Positions 10,185 to 20,677 of a stretch of 64,000 nt of DNA are shown piece after piece. This DNA comes from Candidatus Eiseniibacteriota bacterium (GTDB taxonomy: Bacteria; Eisenbacteria; RBG-16-71-46; CAIMUX01; VGJL01). Every line of letters starts with the position of its first letter. Within the stretch, counting starts at the first letter, position 1. Location of the stretch: NCBI GenBank assembly GCA_963792585.1, contig CAWBWI010000001.1, forward strand, positions 1,024,001 through 1,088,000. Direction: 5' to 3'. The notes below the pieces were generated by a model. It was not told the origin of the DNA and ran no database searches. It saw only the letters and a program-made list of their open reading frames with translations. The position numbers and the translations under genes are program-made.

Positions 10185-11934
10185 TTGCCAGATCCTTCAG
10201 TTGAAGTTGCAGCCGGTTCTCCCCGCGGAAGTAGTTCCAGCCTACCCGGGCCGCGACGTGCACTTCCCCGCGCGCACTCGCCAGGTCGCGCGCTCGGTCC
10301 CCGAGATCGAATCCGATGCACTCGTGCCGCACTCCGGCGTCCGTGAGATCGAAGCGAAGGTGGCGTGCCCGGAGCACGCGGATCCCCCCGGCCACCCGCC
10401 CGCGGAACGCGAGCAGTGGTTCCGGATTGCCCGAGCCGAACGGCTCGAGGCGGTCCATCCACGCCAGGAGGGTCGGCGTGACCTCGTCGAGCGAGCCGCG
10501 CGCGTCGACCTGCAGCGTCCGCTCCGCCCCCGCGATCTCCGCGAGCGCCGGCCGCGCTCGCTCCGCGATCCCTTCTCGGACGGCATCCAGGCGATGCTTC
10601 TCGAGAGAGAGCCCGACCGCCGCCCGGTGTCCGCCGAACGTGCGGAGTTCTCCGGACTGGCTTCGCACCAGATCGAGGAGATCGACATCGCCGTAGGTGC
10701 GGCCCGAGCCGCGCGCGATCCCATCCTCGATCGCGAGGAGGATCGTGGGCAGGGCGAACCGCTCCGCGAGCCGCGACGCGGCGATCCCGAGGACGCCCGG
10801 ATGCCAGTTCGCAGATGCGAGAACGATCGGTTCGCCTTTCTCGACCGCATCTCGCGCGAGCGTGGTCGCTTCGCTGACGACCTGCTCGAGCAATCGTCGC
10901 CTCTCGATGTTGTGGCGATCGAGGACGGAAGCCAGGAAGCGGCACCGCTCCACGTCATCGGAGACCAGCATTTCGAGGGCCGCCGGGGCGTCCCCCATCC
11001 GGCCCGCCGCGTTCAGACGGGGCACGATCTGGAATGCGATGTCCATCGACGAAATCCGTCCGGCATCGAGACCCGCCGAATCGATCAAGGCCCTCAATGC
11101 CGGTCGAGGACGCGTTCGAATGAGTTCCAAACCTGCGCGGACCGCAGCCCGATTCTCATCGTGGAGTGTCATGCCGTCCGCGATCGTGCCGATCGCCGTC
11201 AGATCGAGGAGCGCATACGGATCGTGGCTCGGACGGCCCGCGGCCTCCCGGAGCTTCCAGAGCCCCTCGGCCAGCTTGGTCGTCACGCCGACCGCGGCGA
11301 GGTCCCGGAAAGGATAGGTGGAATCCCCGCGCCACGGATTGATCAGCGCAAAGGCGGGCGGCAACTCCTGCTCGGGCAAATGGTGATCGGCGACGATGAC
11401 GTCGAGCCCGTGCCCGCGCGCATAGGCGATCTCGTCCTTGGCCGTCGTCCCGCAGTCGACCATGACGATCACCTTCGCGTCCCACGCGCGCGCCTCGTCG
11501 ATCATCAGGGTCGACGGGCCGTATCCCTCCGTCAGACGATCGGGGATGCGCACCCTGACCTGTCCGCCGAGCGCGCTCAAGAATCGATAGAGGAGGGCGG
11601 CGCTGGTCATCCCATCGACGTCGTAGTCGCCGAAGATGAGAACCCGCTCTCGGCCTTGCAGGGCATGGTCGAGCCGTTCGGCGGCCTTCGCGAGATCGGG
11701 CAAGCCGAAGGGATCGCGCAAATCGCTCAGCGCCGGATCGAGGAAGCGTCGCAGTTGATCGGGATCCGAGGAGCCGCGCAGCTGCACGAGCCGCCGGATC
11801 AGGCGAGGCATCGCGTCAGGACCCGGGGGGTCCTCGCCGCGCTCCGTATCCTTGAGAATCCACCGCATCTTCGAAGTTCGATCCCCGGCATCTCGGGCTC
11901 GGGGTGGGTGGACACGGCGTTCGACCGGATCCAC
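10159..11934 (-). CDS. recJ: single-stranded-DNA-specific exonuclease RecJ
   Basis: GDYDVDG, DHH, GTIAD, PRLNAAGR, GGHRAAVG, PFGSGNPEP; start may be 11868. Confidence 0.96.
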   Translation of the reverse strand: MDPVERRVHPPRARDAGDRTSKMRWILKDTERGEDPPGPDAMPRLIRRLVQLRGSSDPDQLRRFLDPALSDLRDPFGLPDLAKAAERLDHALQGRERVLIFGDYDVDGMTSAALLYRFLSALGGQVRVRIPDRLTEGYGPSTLMIDEARAWDAKVIVMVDCGTTAKDEIAYARGHGLDVIVADHHLPEQELPPAFALINPWRGDSTYPFRDLAAVGVTTKLAEGLWKLREAAGRPSHDPYALLDLTAIGTIADGMTLHDENRAAVRAGLELIRTRPRPALRALIDSAGLDAGRISSMDIAFQIVPRLNAAGRMGDAPAALEMLVSDDVERCRFLASVLDRHNIERRRLLEQVVSEATTLARDAVEKGEPIVLASANWHPGVLGIAASRLAERFALPTILLAIEDGIARGSGRTYGDVDLLDLVRSQSGELRTFGGHRAAVGLSLEKHRLDAVREGIAERARPALAEIAGAERTLQVDARGSLDEVTPTLLAWMDRLEPFGSGNPEPLLAFRGRVAGGIRVLRARHLRFDLTDAGVRHECIGFDLGDRARDLASARGEVHVAARVGWNYFRGENRLQLQLKDLAIDDPFRIG

Positions 11935-11955
11935 CCCCCCCGCGAGGGCCGGCTC

Positions 11956-12948
11956 TTAGATCTTTCTGGTGATCTTCGCCTTCTGGCGCAGTTGCTCGAC
12001 GAGTTTGTCGACGAATGCCTTCTGCCGCTCCTGCGTCAGCTGCTGCGTCACCATCCCCTCGACGCGCTGGTCCCAGGCAGCTTTCTGCGACGGGAAGCGC
12101 TCGTCGAGCTTGATGATGTGAAAGCCGAATTGCGTCTCGACGACATCGCTGACTTCCCCGATGCCGAGCTTGTAGGCCGCCTCTTCGAAGGCGGGAACCA
12201 TGTCCCCGTGGCCGAACCGACCCAGGTCTCCTCCCCGCGAGGCGGACCCGTCTTCCGAAGAGTCCTTCGCGACCGTCTCGAACGCGGCGCCCCCGCGAAC
12301 CTTCGCCAGCAGGCGCTCCGCCTTCCGACGCGACGCGGCCTTCTGCTCCTCGGTCGCCCCGGGCTGTGTGCGGACGAGGATGTGGTGGGCATGCACCATT
12401 TCACCGCTCTCGAACTTGTCGGGGTTGTCGTCGAAGTACTTCCGCGCCTGCTCCGGCGTAGCCGATAGCGTATCCGGCATCGACTTCTCCATGAAACTCT
12501 GGATCGCCATGTCGATCTTCAGCTCGGACTTCAGCTGATCTTCGGTGAGTCCCTGCTGGGTGAGCTTCGTCTGGAACCCCTCGGCCCCGAAGCTGTTCTT
12601 CAGCATCGCGATGTACTGCGTCACCATCGAGTCGGCGGGCGCAGTCCCGGCCGTCGTCGCGGCTGCATAGAAGAGCTTCCGGTTGATGATATTGTCGAGC
12701 GCTTTGACCTGAAGTTCCCGCTCGGGCATCCCGGGCGCGCCCCCCATGCCGTCCTTCCAGCGCTTTACGAGCTTCTCGACCTCTGCGAAGGTGATGGCTT
12801 GGCCGTCAACCTTCCCTACCACCGCGCTCGGTTCCCCCGTGAAGGGTCCCGCGTTTGCGTCGGGAGCCTTCTCTTTCTGGCACCCGGTAACGAGCCCTCC
12901 GGCCAGGAGGACTCCAACCAGGGCCATACCCATGAGCTTAGCCGCCAT
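11956..12948 (-). CDS. parvulin-type peptidyl-prolyl isomerase lipoprotein (PrsA/SurA-like)
   Basis: Lipobox VTGC, SurA-N-like helical region, HILV...GGDLG...MVPAFEEAA...TQFGFHII. Confidence 0.9.
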   Translation of the reverse strand: MAAKLMGMALVGVLLAGGLVTGCQKEKAPDANAGPFTGEPSAVVGKVDGQAITFAEVEKLVKRWKDGMGGAPGMPERELQVKALDNIINRKLFYAAATTAGTAPADSMVTQYIAMLKNSFGAEGFQTKLTQQGLTEDQLKSELKIDMAIQSFMEKSMPDTLSATPEQARKYFDDNPDKFESGEMVHAHHILVRTQPGATEEQKAASRRKAERLLAKVRGGAAFETVAKDSSEDGSASRGGDLGRFGHGDMVPAFEEAAYKLGIGEVSDVVETQFGFHIIKLDERFPSQKAAWDQRVEGMVTQQLTQERQKAFVDKLVEQLRQKAKITRKI

Positions 12949-13072
12949 TCGCCCTCATCTCCTTCCCAGGGAATCCGAACATTGGTCCCTTTGAAGGCCA
13001 TTATGGGCCAGGGGGCCTGGCCGCGCACAGGCAAAGTTGGCCGAAACCGGTTCCCGGGGTACCATCGCCGGA

Positions 13073-14455
13073 ATGGCCAAGGATCCAACCAGAGACCCGT
13101 TCGAGATCGTCATCGATGACCTTGCATTCGGAGGCGAGGGAGTCGGGCGTCTGGATGGCCAAGTTCAGTTCGTCATCGGGGCATTCCCTGGCGAACGCGT
13201 GCGGGCCGTTGCGATCGGGGGGCGCAAACGGTGGCAGCGCGGGCGGCTCCTCGAGGTGCTCGAACCCTCCCCCGACAGAATTCCTCCCCGGTGCAGCCAC
13301 ACGGCGGTCTGCGGCGGCTGCGTCTATCAGTGCCTCCGCTACTCCGCGCAGGTCGAGGCAAAGGCCCGGCAGGTACGCGAGAATCTCGCCAGGATTGCCG
13401 GCGCGCACCCACCGGAACCGGACCCGCCTTTGCCCGCGCCCGAGACATTCGGGTATCGAAACAAGATGGAGTTCTCCTTCTCTCCGCGCGCATGGGATCC
13501 GGCCGGCGTTCCCGAGCATCCACAACCGAGCCCGTCGCTCGGCCTCCATGTTCGGGGCCGTTTCGACGGAGTCTTCGACGTGCGCGACTGCGCCCTCGTG
13601 GACCCGGAGGTCAATCGTCTCCTCGAACTCGTGCGAGGCTTCGCTCGTGAGCGCTCGATCCCGGCCTACAGAGGACCGGAACCGACCGGCGTGCTGCGTC
13701 ATCTCGTGCTGCGTATGTCACGCCACTCGGGAGAGTGGCTCGTCGCGCTGGTCGCATGCGAGAATCATCCGGACCTGGAGGAGCTCGCGCGCCTCTGCGT
13801 GGAGGCCCACCCCCGCATCGCTGGGTTTCTACTCTGGCTGAATGCGGGTCCCGCGACGATCGCTCGACCTGAAATGGAGATCCTCCTGTCGGGCCGGGAT
13901 CGGATCGTCGAGAAGCTCGGTGATCTCGAGTTCGAGCTCTCGGCGGGGAGCTTCTTTCAAACGAACAGCACGGCGGCCGAGGGCCTGCTCCGGGAGCTGC
14001 GCGCGATCGCTCCGCCGGTGGAGACCCTCTTGGATCTCTACTGCGGGGTGGGGACCTTGGGCCTCGGCCTGGCCGACCGTTGCCGCGCTCTGGTCGGCAT
14101 CGACTCGGTCGAGTCCGCCGTGGCCGATGCGCGTCGCAACTCCGCCCGAAACGGGATCGCCCACGCCCGATTCGAGGTGGCGACTGCGGAAGGGTGGCTC
14201 GCACGCGCCCAGGCGCTTCGCCCCGAGGTCGTCGTGATCGATCCCCCGCGCTCGGGAATGCACCCGAAGGCCCTCGCGGGGCTGATCCGCCTCGCGCCCC
14301 CGACGATTCTCTGCGTCTCCTGCAACCCTGCGACCCTCGCGCGTGACCTGGGCGCGTTGAGCGCGGCGGGTTACTCTGCGACCCGGATGCGGATCCTCGA
14401 CCTCTTCCCGCACACTCCCCACGTCGAGACGATTCTTCGCCTGGAACGCTCCTGA
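13073..14455 (+). CDS. rlmD: 23S rRNA (uracil-5)-methyltransferase RlmD
   Basis: TRAM domain, CGGC Fe-S motif, YRNKMEF, FFQTN, DLYCGVG, DPPRSG, SCNPATLARD, DLFPHTPHVE. Confidence 0.93.
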   Translation: MAKDPTRDPFEIVIDDLAFGGEGVGRLDGQVQFVIGAFPGERVRAVAIGGRKRWQRGRLLEVLEPSPDRIPPRCSHTAVCGGCVYQCLRYSAQVEAKARQVRENLARIAGAHPPEPDPPLPAPETFGYRNKMEFSFSPRAWDPAGVPEHPQPSPSLGLHVRGRFDGVFDVRDCALVDPEVNRLLELVRGFARERSIPAYRGPEPTGVLRHLVLRMSRHSGEWLVALVACENHPDLEELARLCVEAHPRIAGFLLWLNAGPATIARPEMEILLSGRDRIVEKLGDLEFELSAGSFFQTNSTAAEGLLRELRAIAPPVETLLDLYCGVGTLGLGLADRCRALVGIDSVESAVADARRNSARNGIAHARFEVATAEGWLARAQALRPEVVVIDPPRSGMHPKALAGLIRLAPPTILCVSCNPATLARDLGALSAAGYSATRMRILDLFPHTPHVETILRLERS

Positions 14456-14460
14456 GGATG

Positions 14461-14496
14461 CGAGACGGCCGGCGGAGAGTTCCGCCGGCCGTCTCG
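14461..14496. terminator. hairpin between convergent genes (probable terminator)
   Basis: CGAGACGGCCGGCGGA-gagt-TCCGCCGGCCGTCTCG, perfect 16-bp stem. Confidence 0.7.
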
Positions 14497-14535
14497 TTCG
14501 CGCCACGCAGTCCGCGGCGCGTCTCCTGGATGCTC

Positions 14536-17511
14536 CTACTTCAGGAGCATCATCTTGTGGCTGGCCCTCTCGTCGCCGGCGCGCACCGTGTAATAGTAAA
14601 CGCCGGAGCCCAGCTCGTGATCCGCGTCATCCCGCCCGTCCCAGGAAATCGCCTGGTAACCCGCGGGACGCAACCCATCGACCAGCGTGCGCACCCTGCG
14701 GCCGCCCGCATCGTAGACTGCGACCTCGACCTTCCCGGCCGTCGGCAGGGCGAATCGGATCGAAGTCTTCGGGTTGAAGGGGTTCGGTTGGTTCTGCTCG
14801 ACCTGGAAGCGGACCGGAAGACCCGTCGGGTCCTCCGCAGCGCCGGCGCAGGCGTTGACATCCGCGATCCGGATCTGGATGTCGTCGATCGCCGCCTCGG
14901 CACACGTGGTGTTGTTGTAATCCTCCATGCTGAACCGGAACCTCATCTGGCTCGTGAACGGCTCCTGAGGATCATAGTTGACGTAGACCTTGTGGAAGGC
15001 CCAAGCGTTCAAGTCCATTCCCGTCTGCTTCCAGATTTCCCGCCAGGTCGCGCCGTTGTCATAGCTGACCGCGACGCGGAGGTAATCGTCCGTAGGCGTG
15101 TAGTCGAAGAGGAACGACCACCAGCGGACTTCCGCGGCGCCCGTGCGCGTTGCCCAGTCGTATGTCGGGGAGTCGATCCACGTCTGACCGCCGTCGACAT
15201 CGTATCCGGACCAGATCCCCCCACGACCGTCGGTGACCCAGCAGAGCGTGCCCGGTGCTCCGGTGTGGTCGTCTTCGGGCTGCGTGACACCGTAGGTCCC
15301 GCTGACCTTGCCGATCGGATCGACGCGCTCGAACTGGCCGGCTCCGCCGGCGTCGATACCGCTCGTCCAGCCGCGATCGACTTCGCAATCGTCGTCGAGT
15401 GCCGTGGTGTAAGGACCCGTCATGAACTCGTAGGTCCCGCGGTAGGGAGCGAGATGCGGCGCCGTCTCGAACTCGCCGGTCAGCTTCGCCGCCCGCACGT
15501 AATAGCGGATGTGCTTACCGCAACCGAGGTCGGGGATCGCGCCCCCGAACTCGTTCGGGTTGCCCGTGGCCGTCATGCCGACCGATTGCCACGTTTCCAG
15601 CAGCGCCCCGGCAGGATCGGTCGTGTAGTAGATCTTGATGTTGTTCGGATCCAGCGCTCCGGGCCCCTGGGAGACGGCGATGCAGGTGATCGGATACGGT
15701 CCGGTCTGCGCCGTCTGGTCGTCCAGCGGGGTGGATGTGACCGTCACGTAGTTCGTCAGAGGCGGACACGGAAGGTTGTGAATGGCGAAGGCGTCGCAGA
15801 TCTCGTACCAGTCCGGTGTGCCGTTGGCGAGGTTGCCGTCGACGTCGTTCGACATGAGCAAGCGGGTGAGGAAGTTCGGCATATTGGTCTGCTTCGTCTT
15901 GACCGCCTCGATGACCAGCGGATCGTAGATCGCTTGCGCGCCCGCGCCGTACTTGATGTACATGCTCTTCTGCGTCTTCCACATCGCGCCCATCAGGATC
16001 TCGCCGAGGCAGTGGACCTCGCCGCCGCACTCGCTGCCGGGGTACTGGCGCAGGTTCTCCCCATTGCGCACGGGGTTGGAGCCCTGGAAGTTCTCCCCCA
16101 TGATGGGGTCGTTCGCCATGGCCATCGAGTAGGTGTCGGAGAACGCCTCTCCCATTCCGGAAGAGGTCGGGGCGCCCTGAGGATAGTAGAGCTCCTGCGT
16201 GATTCCGTGGCCGTACTCGTGGTGGATGACGTCGGCGATCCGGCCGGAGTTGTTGCAGCCGCCGCCTTCCTTGTAGAAGTTGACCGAGGAACCGTTCCAG
16301 TAGGCGTTGCAGGTGCCGTTGATGTTGACGTTGGCCGACATGACATAGTCGAGATCGGTGAAGCCGGGGTCGATCCCCTTGATCCAGTCATGCACGCCGT
16401 TCACGTGGTAGTACGTGTCCCGCTCGGCCGGATGTGAGTTGGAATCGTCGAACATGAAATTGACCGGGGAATTCGGATCGCCGGGTCCCGTGATGTTGGC
16501 ATCAGCGCCGTCCTGACGGTTGACGTTGCACCAACGTCCATAAAGGCCGACGTCCATGGTGTACGTCGTGTTGTTCGGAACCTCGATGACATAGTTCCCG
16601 GCCTCGTCGGTGTAGCCGACGTATGAGGTGCTCGCCCGGACGCGTTCGTCCTCGAGACCGCTGGGGACGTAGACGTCGCCGACCGATGTGGGCTCGATCT
16701 GCCCCTGGCTCAGGCCGGTGATCTGGAAGTACTGGTTGCCGCTCTCGCGCCAGAGGATCTTGGCGTCGTGCGCGTCGACATAGGTACGCCATACGTTCGC
16801 GGGTTCGGCCGTCTTGAGGAACACCTCCCAGGCCAGGTGGTATTCCGTGGTCCCGTCGGACGTGAGGGGCAGGATCACGAGGCGCGCCGGCTGGGTCGCC
16901 CCGTCTCCGGCGGTCATCGGGATTCCCTCGTGCGCTGTCTGGACCGCATCTCCCTCCACGACGGACGGAAATGCGTTTACCGTGACATTGCGAAATGCAT
17001 CGGAGCCCAGCAGGACGATCTGGCCGCGCCAGATGCCGAAGTCGACGCGGCCGTTGATGACTTCGAGCCCGTCCACGTACTGGGTCATGATCACGTACTT
17101 GCGCTCCTGCCCGAGGTCGATGATGTCGCGAACGCGCATGTCCCGGGGCTGGACCCGCAGGAGCTCCGCGTTGCGCGCCACGAAGGCCTCGACACCGGCC
17201 CGGATGACTTCATCCGAGGCGTCGACGCCGACCATCGGGATCGGAGGTCCGCCGAGCGTCGATGGGACGCCCAGGATCGGATTCCACTGGAGGATCTTCC
17301 AGCCGGCGCCTTCACGCGCCTGGAACCCCGCCAGTCCTGGGAGCAAGGCGCTTGCTTGCGCCTCGTCGGGGTGCTCATATGTCGGGGCGATCTGCGCCTG
17401 GGGCAGGCGCACCTCGTAGTCCAAAACGCCCGTTGGGGCGAATGCCAAGACGGGTCCCGTGAGGACCAGCCCGAGGAAAAGTACGGCCACGACCTTTCTC
17501 AAGAACATCAA
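14536..17511 (-). CDS. secreted M4/M36-type zinc metalloprotease with C-terminal FlgD Ig-like domain
   Basis: Signal peptide, FTP/PepSY-like propeptide, NAYWNG, HHEYGHG (HExxH), GEAFSD, C-terminal QNQPNPFNP...WDGRDD...SGVYYY. Confidence 0.85.
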   Translation of the reverse strand: MMFLRKVVAVLFLGLVLTGPVLAFAPTGVLDYEVRLPQAQIAPTYEHPDEAQASALLPGLAGFQAREGAGWKILQWNPILGVPSTLGGPPIPMVGVDASDEVIRAGVEAFVARNAELLRVQPRDMRVRDIIDLGQERKYVIMTQYVDGLEVINGRVDFGIWRGQIVLLGSDAFRNVTVNAFPSVVEGDAVQTAHEGIPMTAGDGATQPARLVILPLTSDGTTEYHLAWEVFLKTAEPANVWRTYVDAHDAKILWRESGNQYFQITGLSQGQIEPTSVGDVYVPSGLEDERVRASTSYVGYTDEAGNYVIEVPNNTTYTMDVGLYGRWCNVNRQDGADANITGPGDPNSPVNFMFDDSNSHPAERDTYYHVNGVHDWIKGIDPGFTDLDYVMSANVNINGTCNAYWNGSSVNFYKEGGGCNNSGRIADVIHHEYGHGITQELYYPQGAPTSSGMGEAFSDTYSMAMANDPIMGENFQGSNPVRNGENLRQYPGSECGGEVHCLGEILMGAMWKTQKSMYIKYGAGAQAIYDPLVIEAVKTKQTNMPNFLTRLLMSNDVDGNLANGTPDWYEICDAFAIHNLPCPPLTNYVTVTSTPLDDQTAQTGPYPITCIAVSQGPGALDPNNIKIYYTTDPAGALLETWQSVGMTATGNPNEFGGAIPDLGCGKHIRYYVRAAKLTGEFETAPHLAPYRGTYEFMTGPYTTALDDDCEVDRGWTSGIDAGGAGQFERVDPIGKVSGTYGVTQPEDDHTGAPGTLCWVTDGRGGIWSGYDVDGGQTWIDSPTYDWATRTGAAEVRWWSFLFDYTPTDDYLRVAVSYDNGATWREIWKQTGMDLNAWAFHKVYVNYDPQEPFTSQMRFRFSMEDYNNTTCAEAAIDDIQIRIADVNACAGAAEDPTGLPVRFQVEQNQPNPFNPKTSIRFALPTAGKVEVAVYDAGGRRVRTLVDGLRPAGYQAISWDGRDDADHELGSGVYYYTVRAGDERASHKMMLLK

Positions 17512-17620
17512 CCTATCCCCCTTGCAATGGCAGCCTCGTCGCCGAGTCCATTCGTCGTCAAATGCCGGACTCCCCCGGGGAGTCCGGGAGATCCCGTACG
17601 AGCGATCATCCGCTGGATCA

Positions 17621-17650
17621 AGTATACTGGATACTCTGGTACCATGTCAA
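17621..17650 (-). promoter_or_regulatory. sigma70-type promoter of the metalloprotease gene
   Basis: Minus strand TTGACA-N18-TATACT. Confidence 0.65.
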
Positions 17651-17735
17651 TCCAGCCCCATGGCACGAAAGCTGTTAACTGCTGATGTTTGATCCCACTA
17701 CCAGCGTGAGAGTAACCTGGGGTCCAAAGTAGTGA

Positions 17736-19623
17736 ATGAGGGAGGCTAATCTGGAAAGTGAGTTTCTAACCCGCCTACGGGAATCGGTCCTCGTCTGCGA
17801 CGGCGCGATGGGAACGATGCTGTACGCCAAAGGCATCTACATCAATCGCTGTTTCGACGAATTCGAATCTCTCCCAGGCCCCTCTCGTCGGGGAGGTCCA
17901 CCGATCCTATCTCGCTGCCGGGGCTCAGATCATCGAGACGAATACGTTCGGAGCCAACCGTTCGAAGCTCCTCCCCCACGGTCTCGAGACGAAGATCACC
18001 GAGATCAACGCCGCCGGCGCCTGGATCGCCCGGAAGGCCGTCGCGGATTCCGGCAAGGAGGCGTTCGTCGCCGGAGCCGTCGGACCGGTCGGGGGTCTGC
18101 TCCACCTCACAGGATCTCTCACGCCCGACGAGATGTTCGATCTATTCCGCGAGCAGATGGTGGGCCTCCTCGAGGGCGGCGTCGATTGCATCCTCATCGA
18201 GACCATCTCGCACATCGAGGAGATGCGCCAGGCCATCCGGGCCGCCCGGTCTCTTTGCGATCTACCGATCATTGGACAGATGACGTTCACGGAAGACGGG
18301 ACGACGTTGTTCGGCGACCGACCGGAAGAGGTCGCGCGAGCATTGCTCGCCGAAGGCGCCGACATCGTAGGCGCGAACTGCAGCATCGGCCCCAAGCCCA
18401 TGCTCGAAGTCTTGGAGCGCCTGGCAACCGCGGGGGAATTCCCCATCTCCGCCCAGCCGAACGCCGGCAGCCCCCAGCGAGTCGACGGGCGCTACATCTA
18501 CTTCTGCTCGCCGGAATACATGGCATCCTACGCGCGACGCTTCATCCTGGGAGCCGGTGTGCGGCTCGTCGGGGGCTGCTGCGGCACGACTCCGGAACAC
18601 ATCCGCGCCCTCGCCTCGGCCGTCCGCAGCCTTCAGCCGCAGCGGGCGGGGATTGGGAGCTTCACCACAGTGGAACCCCCGATGGAGGTCGCCCGAGTCC
18701 CGATCCTGGAGAAGTCGAGGTTCGCCGCGCGCCTCACCACCCGCCGCTTCGTGGCCAGCGTCGAGCTGGACCCGCCCCGTGGCACGGACGTTCGAAAGGT
18801 CGTGGCCGGGGCCCAGATCCTCCGCGATGCGGGGGTCGATGCGGTCAACATCCCGGACGGCCCACGGGCCAGCGCGCGGATGAGTTCCTTGAGCCTCGGC
18901 GTCCTGCTGGCTCGGGAAGTGGGCATCGAGATTCTCCTCCACTACTGCTGCCGTGATCGAAACCTGCTTGGAATGCAGTCGGACCTTCTCGGCGCGCACG
19001 CCCTCGGCCTGCGGAATCTGATACTCATCACCGGCGATCCCCCAAAGCTGGGCGATTACCCCAACGCGACCGCGGTCTTCGACGTCGACGCGATCGGTTT
19101 GACCGAGATCGTCGATCGCCTGAACCGCGGCCGTGACATGGCCGGAAATCCAATCGGCGATCCTACGTCGTTCTTGATCGGTGTGGGGGTCAATCCCGCA
19201 GCCGTGAGCCTCGTCGAAGAGGTTCGCCGACTGCGCCGGAAGATCGCCGCGGGGGCGGAATACGTGCTCACCCAGCCGGTGTTCGATGCGAGCCGGCTCA
19301 ACGACCTCCTCGACCAAACCGAAGACGTCTCCGTCCCGATCCTCGTCGGGATCCTACCGCTGACGAGTCACCGAAACGCGGAGTTCTATCACAACGAAGT
19401 CCCCGGAATGAGTATTCCCGACAAGGTCCGCGAACGGATGCGGTTGGCGGGAACGGGCGAGGTCGCGCGTAGGGAAGGGGTCCGGATCGCCCGCGAAGCG
19501 CTGGAGTCTGCGCTCCAATCCCCTCGCGTGCGCGGCACCTACGTCATGCCCCCCTTCGGCCGCTACGAGATGGCCCTCGAGGTGCTCGACGGTTTCATGG
19601 GGCTGGAGACCGAGGAAACTTAG
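17736..19623 (+). CDS. yitJ: bifunctional homocysteine S-methyltransferase / methylenetetrahydrofolate reductase (frameshift at ~17864)
   Basis: DGAMGTML; after removing one base at 17864 the frame reads CFDELNLSQ...IIETNTFGAN, then GANCS, GGCCGTTPEHI and an MTHFR half (ITGDPP, TQPVFD, HNEVPG). Confidence 0.9.
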
Positions 19624-19630
19624 TCGGGTC

Positions 19631-20677
19631 CTATCGCCTCGACTTGCGCGTTGAGAGCGATTCGAGGATCTCTTGCGCCTCCGCCGCGGCGAGAGAATCG
19701 GGGGCCGCGGAAGCCCGGTAGAGTTGGAGCACCCTCCGAGCGTCCTCGATCTGTTCCCGCTGGATGTAGACGATGGCCAGGTCGAAGTATGCCTGTTCAA
19801 GGTCCGGCTTGGCTGTGATAGCGCGTTCGAGCAATCGGCATGCCTCGAGCGTATCCGTCGCCGCGAGCATGAGAAGCGCCAGATTGTAGTTCGCTTGCGG
19901 GTGGGAGGGGTTGCGTGACAGCAGATCGGAGTACGCGCCCGCGGCAGCCGTGCGACTGCCGAGGCGCTGCGCCAGGTAGCCGGTCTGGAAAAGGTCCTCC
20001 TCCGTGCCGGCGCCCCGACCGACCAGTTCGACCCAGAGATGGAGCGCGAGGTCGGGTCTCCCGACCTCTTTCCAGTGCTCGGCCAGCCAGCGCCACTTCC
20101 GGTCGTCCGCCGGGTCGCGCCCCGCGGCGGCCATGCCCAGGGCGAGCGCTTCGTCGCGGAAGTGCTCGTCCCAACGAAGCTGGGCCAGAATCGCCATCGC
20201 ATCGGGAGACGCTCGCTTGCCGGCAACGAGGCCCGAGAGCCGGCGGCGCGCGTCGTTCGTCCGCCCTTGCTTGAACGCGATTTCGGCCAGCAGAAAGGCG
20301 GCGCGGGTCGAGTCGTCGCCCGCCAACCCGTACCGTAGCGCCTCCTCCGCCGAGGCGCGGGCGGAAACGAGATTCCCGCGCAGTTGATAGGCCCCGGCAA
20401 TCTCGAAATGGGGACGCGGATCCCTGGGCGAGCGGCGGATCTGCGACAGCAACTCGCCGATTCGGAGCGATAGGCTGTCCGGCGGGATGACCTGAGCGGC
20501 GGGGACTCCGGCGCCGGCGGCCAGAAGCAGGATCAGGGCCCATGACCGATGCGAGAAGGAACCCCGCCAGCCGGGAAGGGGTTTTCCTCTTCCAGCAAGG
20601 AGGGCCCGAATCATGGACCTGATCATCCCCCGTCCTTCCCCCCGCCGACTGCCATCGACGCGGTCGTCGTCTCGCAT
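19631..20677 (-). CDS. secreted tetratricopeptide repeat protein
   Basis: Hydrophobic signal-like segment followed by TPR-like repeats (ANYNLALL, AYFDLAIVY); start uncertain. Confidence 0.7.
   Translation of the reverse strand: MRDDDRVDGSRRGEGRGMIRSMIRALLAGRGKPLPGWRGSFSHRSWALILLLAAGAGVPAAQVIPPDSLSLRIGELLSQIRRSPRDPRPHFEIAGAYQLRGNLVSARASAEEALRYGLAGDDSTRAAFLLAEIAFKQGRTNDARRRLSGLVAGKRASPDAMAILAQLRWDEHFRDEALALGMAAAGRDPADDRKWRWLAEHWKEVGRPDLALHLWVELVGRGAGTEEDLFQTGYLAQRLGSRTAAAGAYSDLLSRNPSHPQANYNLALLMLAATDTLEACRLLERAITAKPDLEQAYFDLAIVYIQREQIEDARRVLQLYRASAAPDSLAAAEAQEILESLSTRKSRR

Noticed and set aside
10201..12468. Long ORFs antisense to real genes (also 14458..16437, 43843..45957, 61475..63877, 4780..6342)
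   Set aside because: Shadow ORFs typical of high-GC DNA, opposite genes with clear motifs and lacking recognisable domains.
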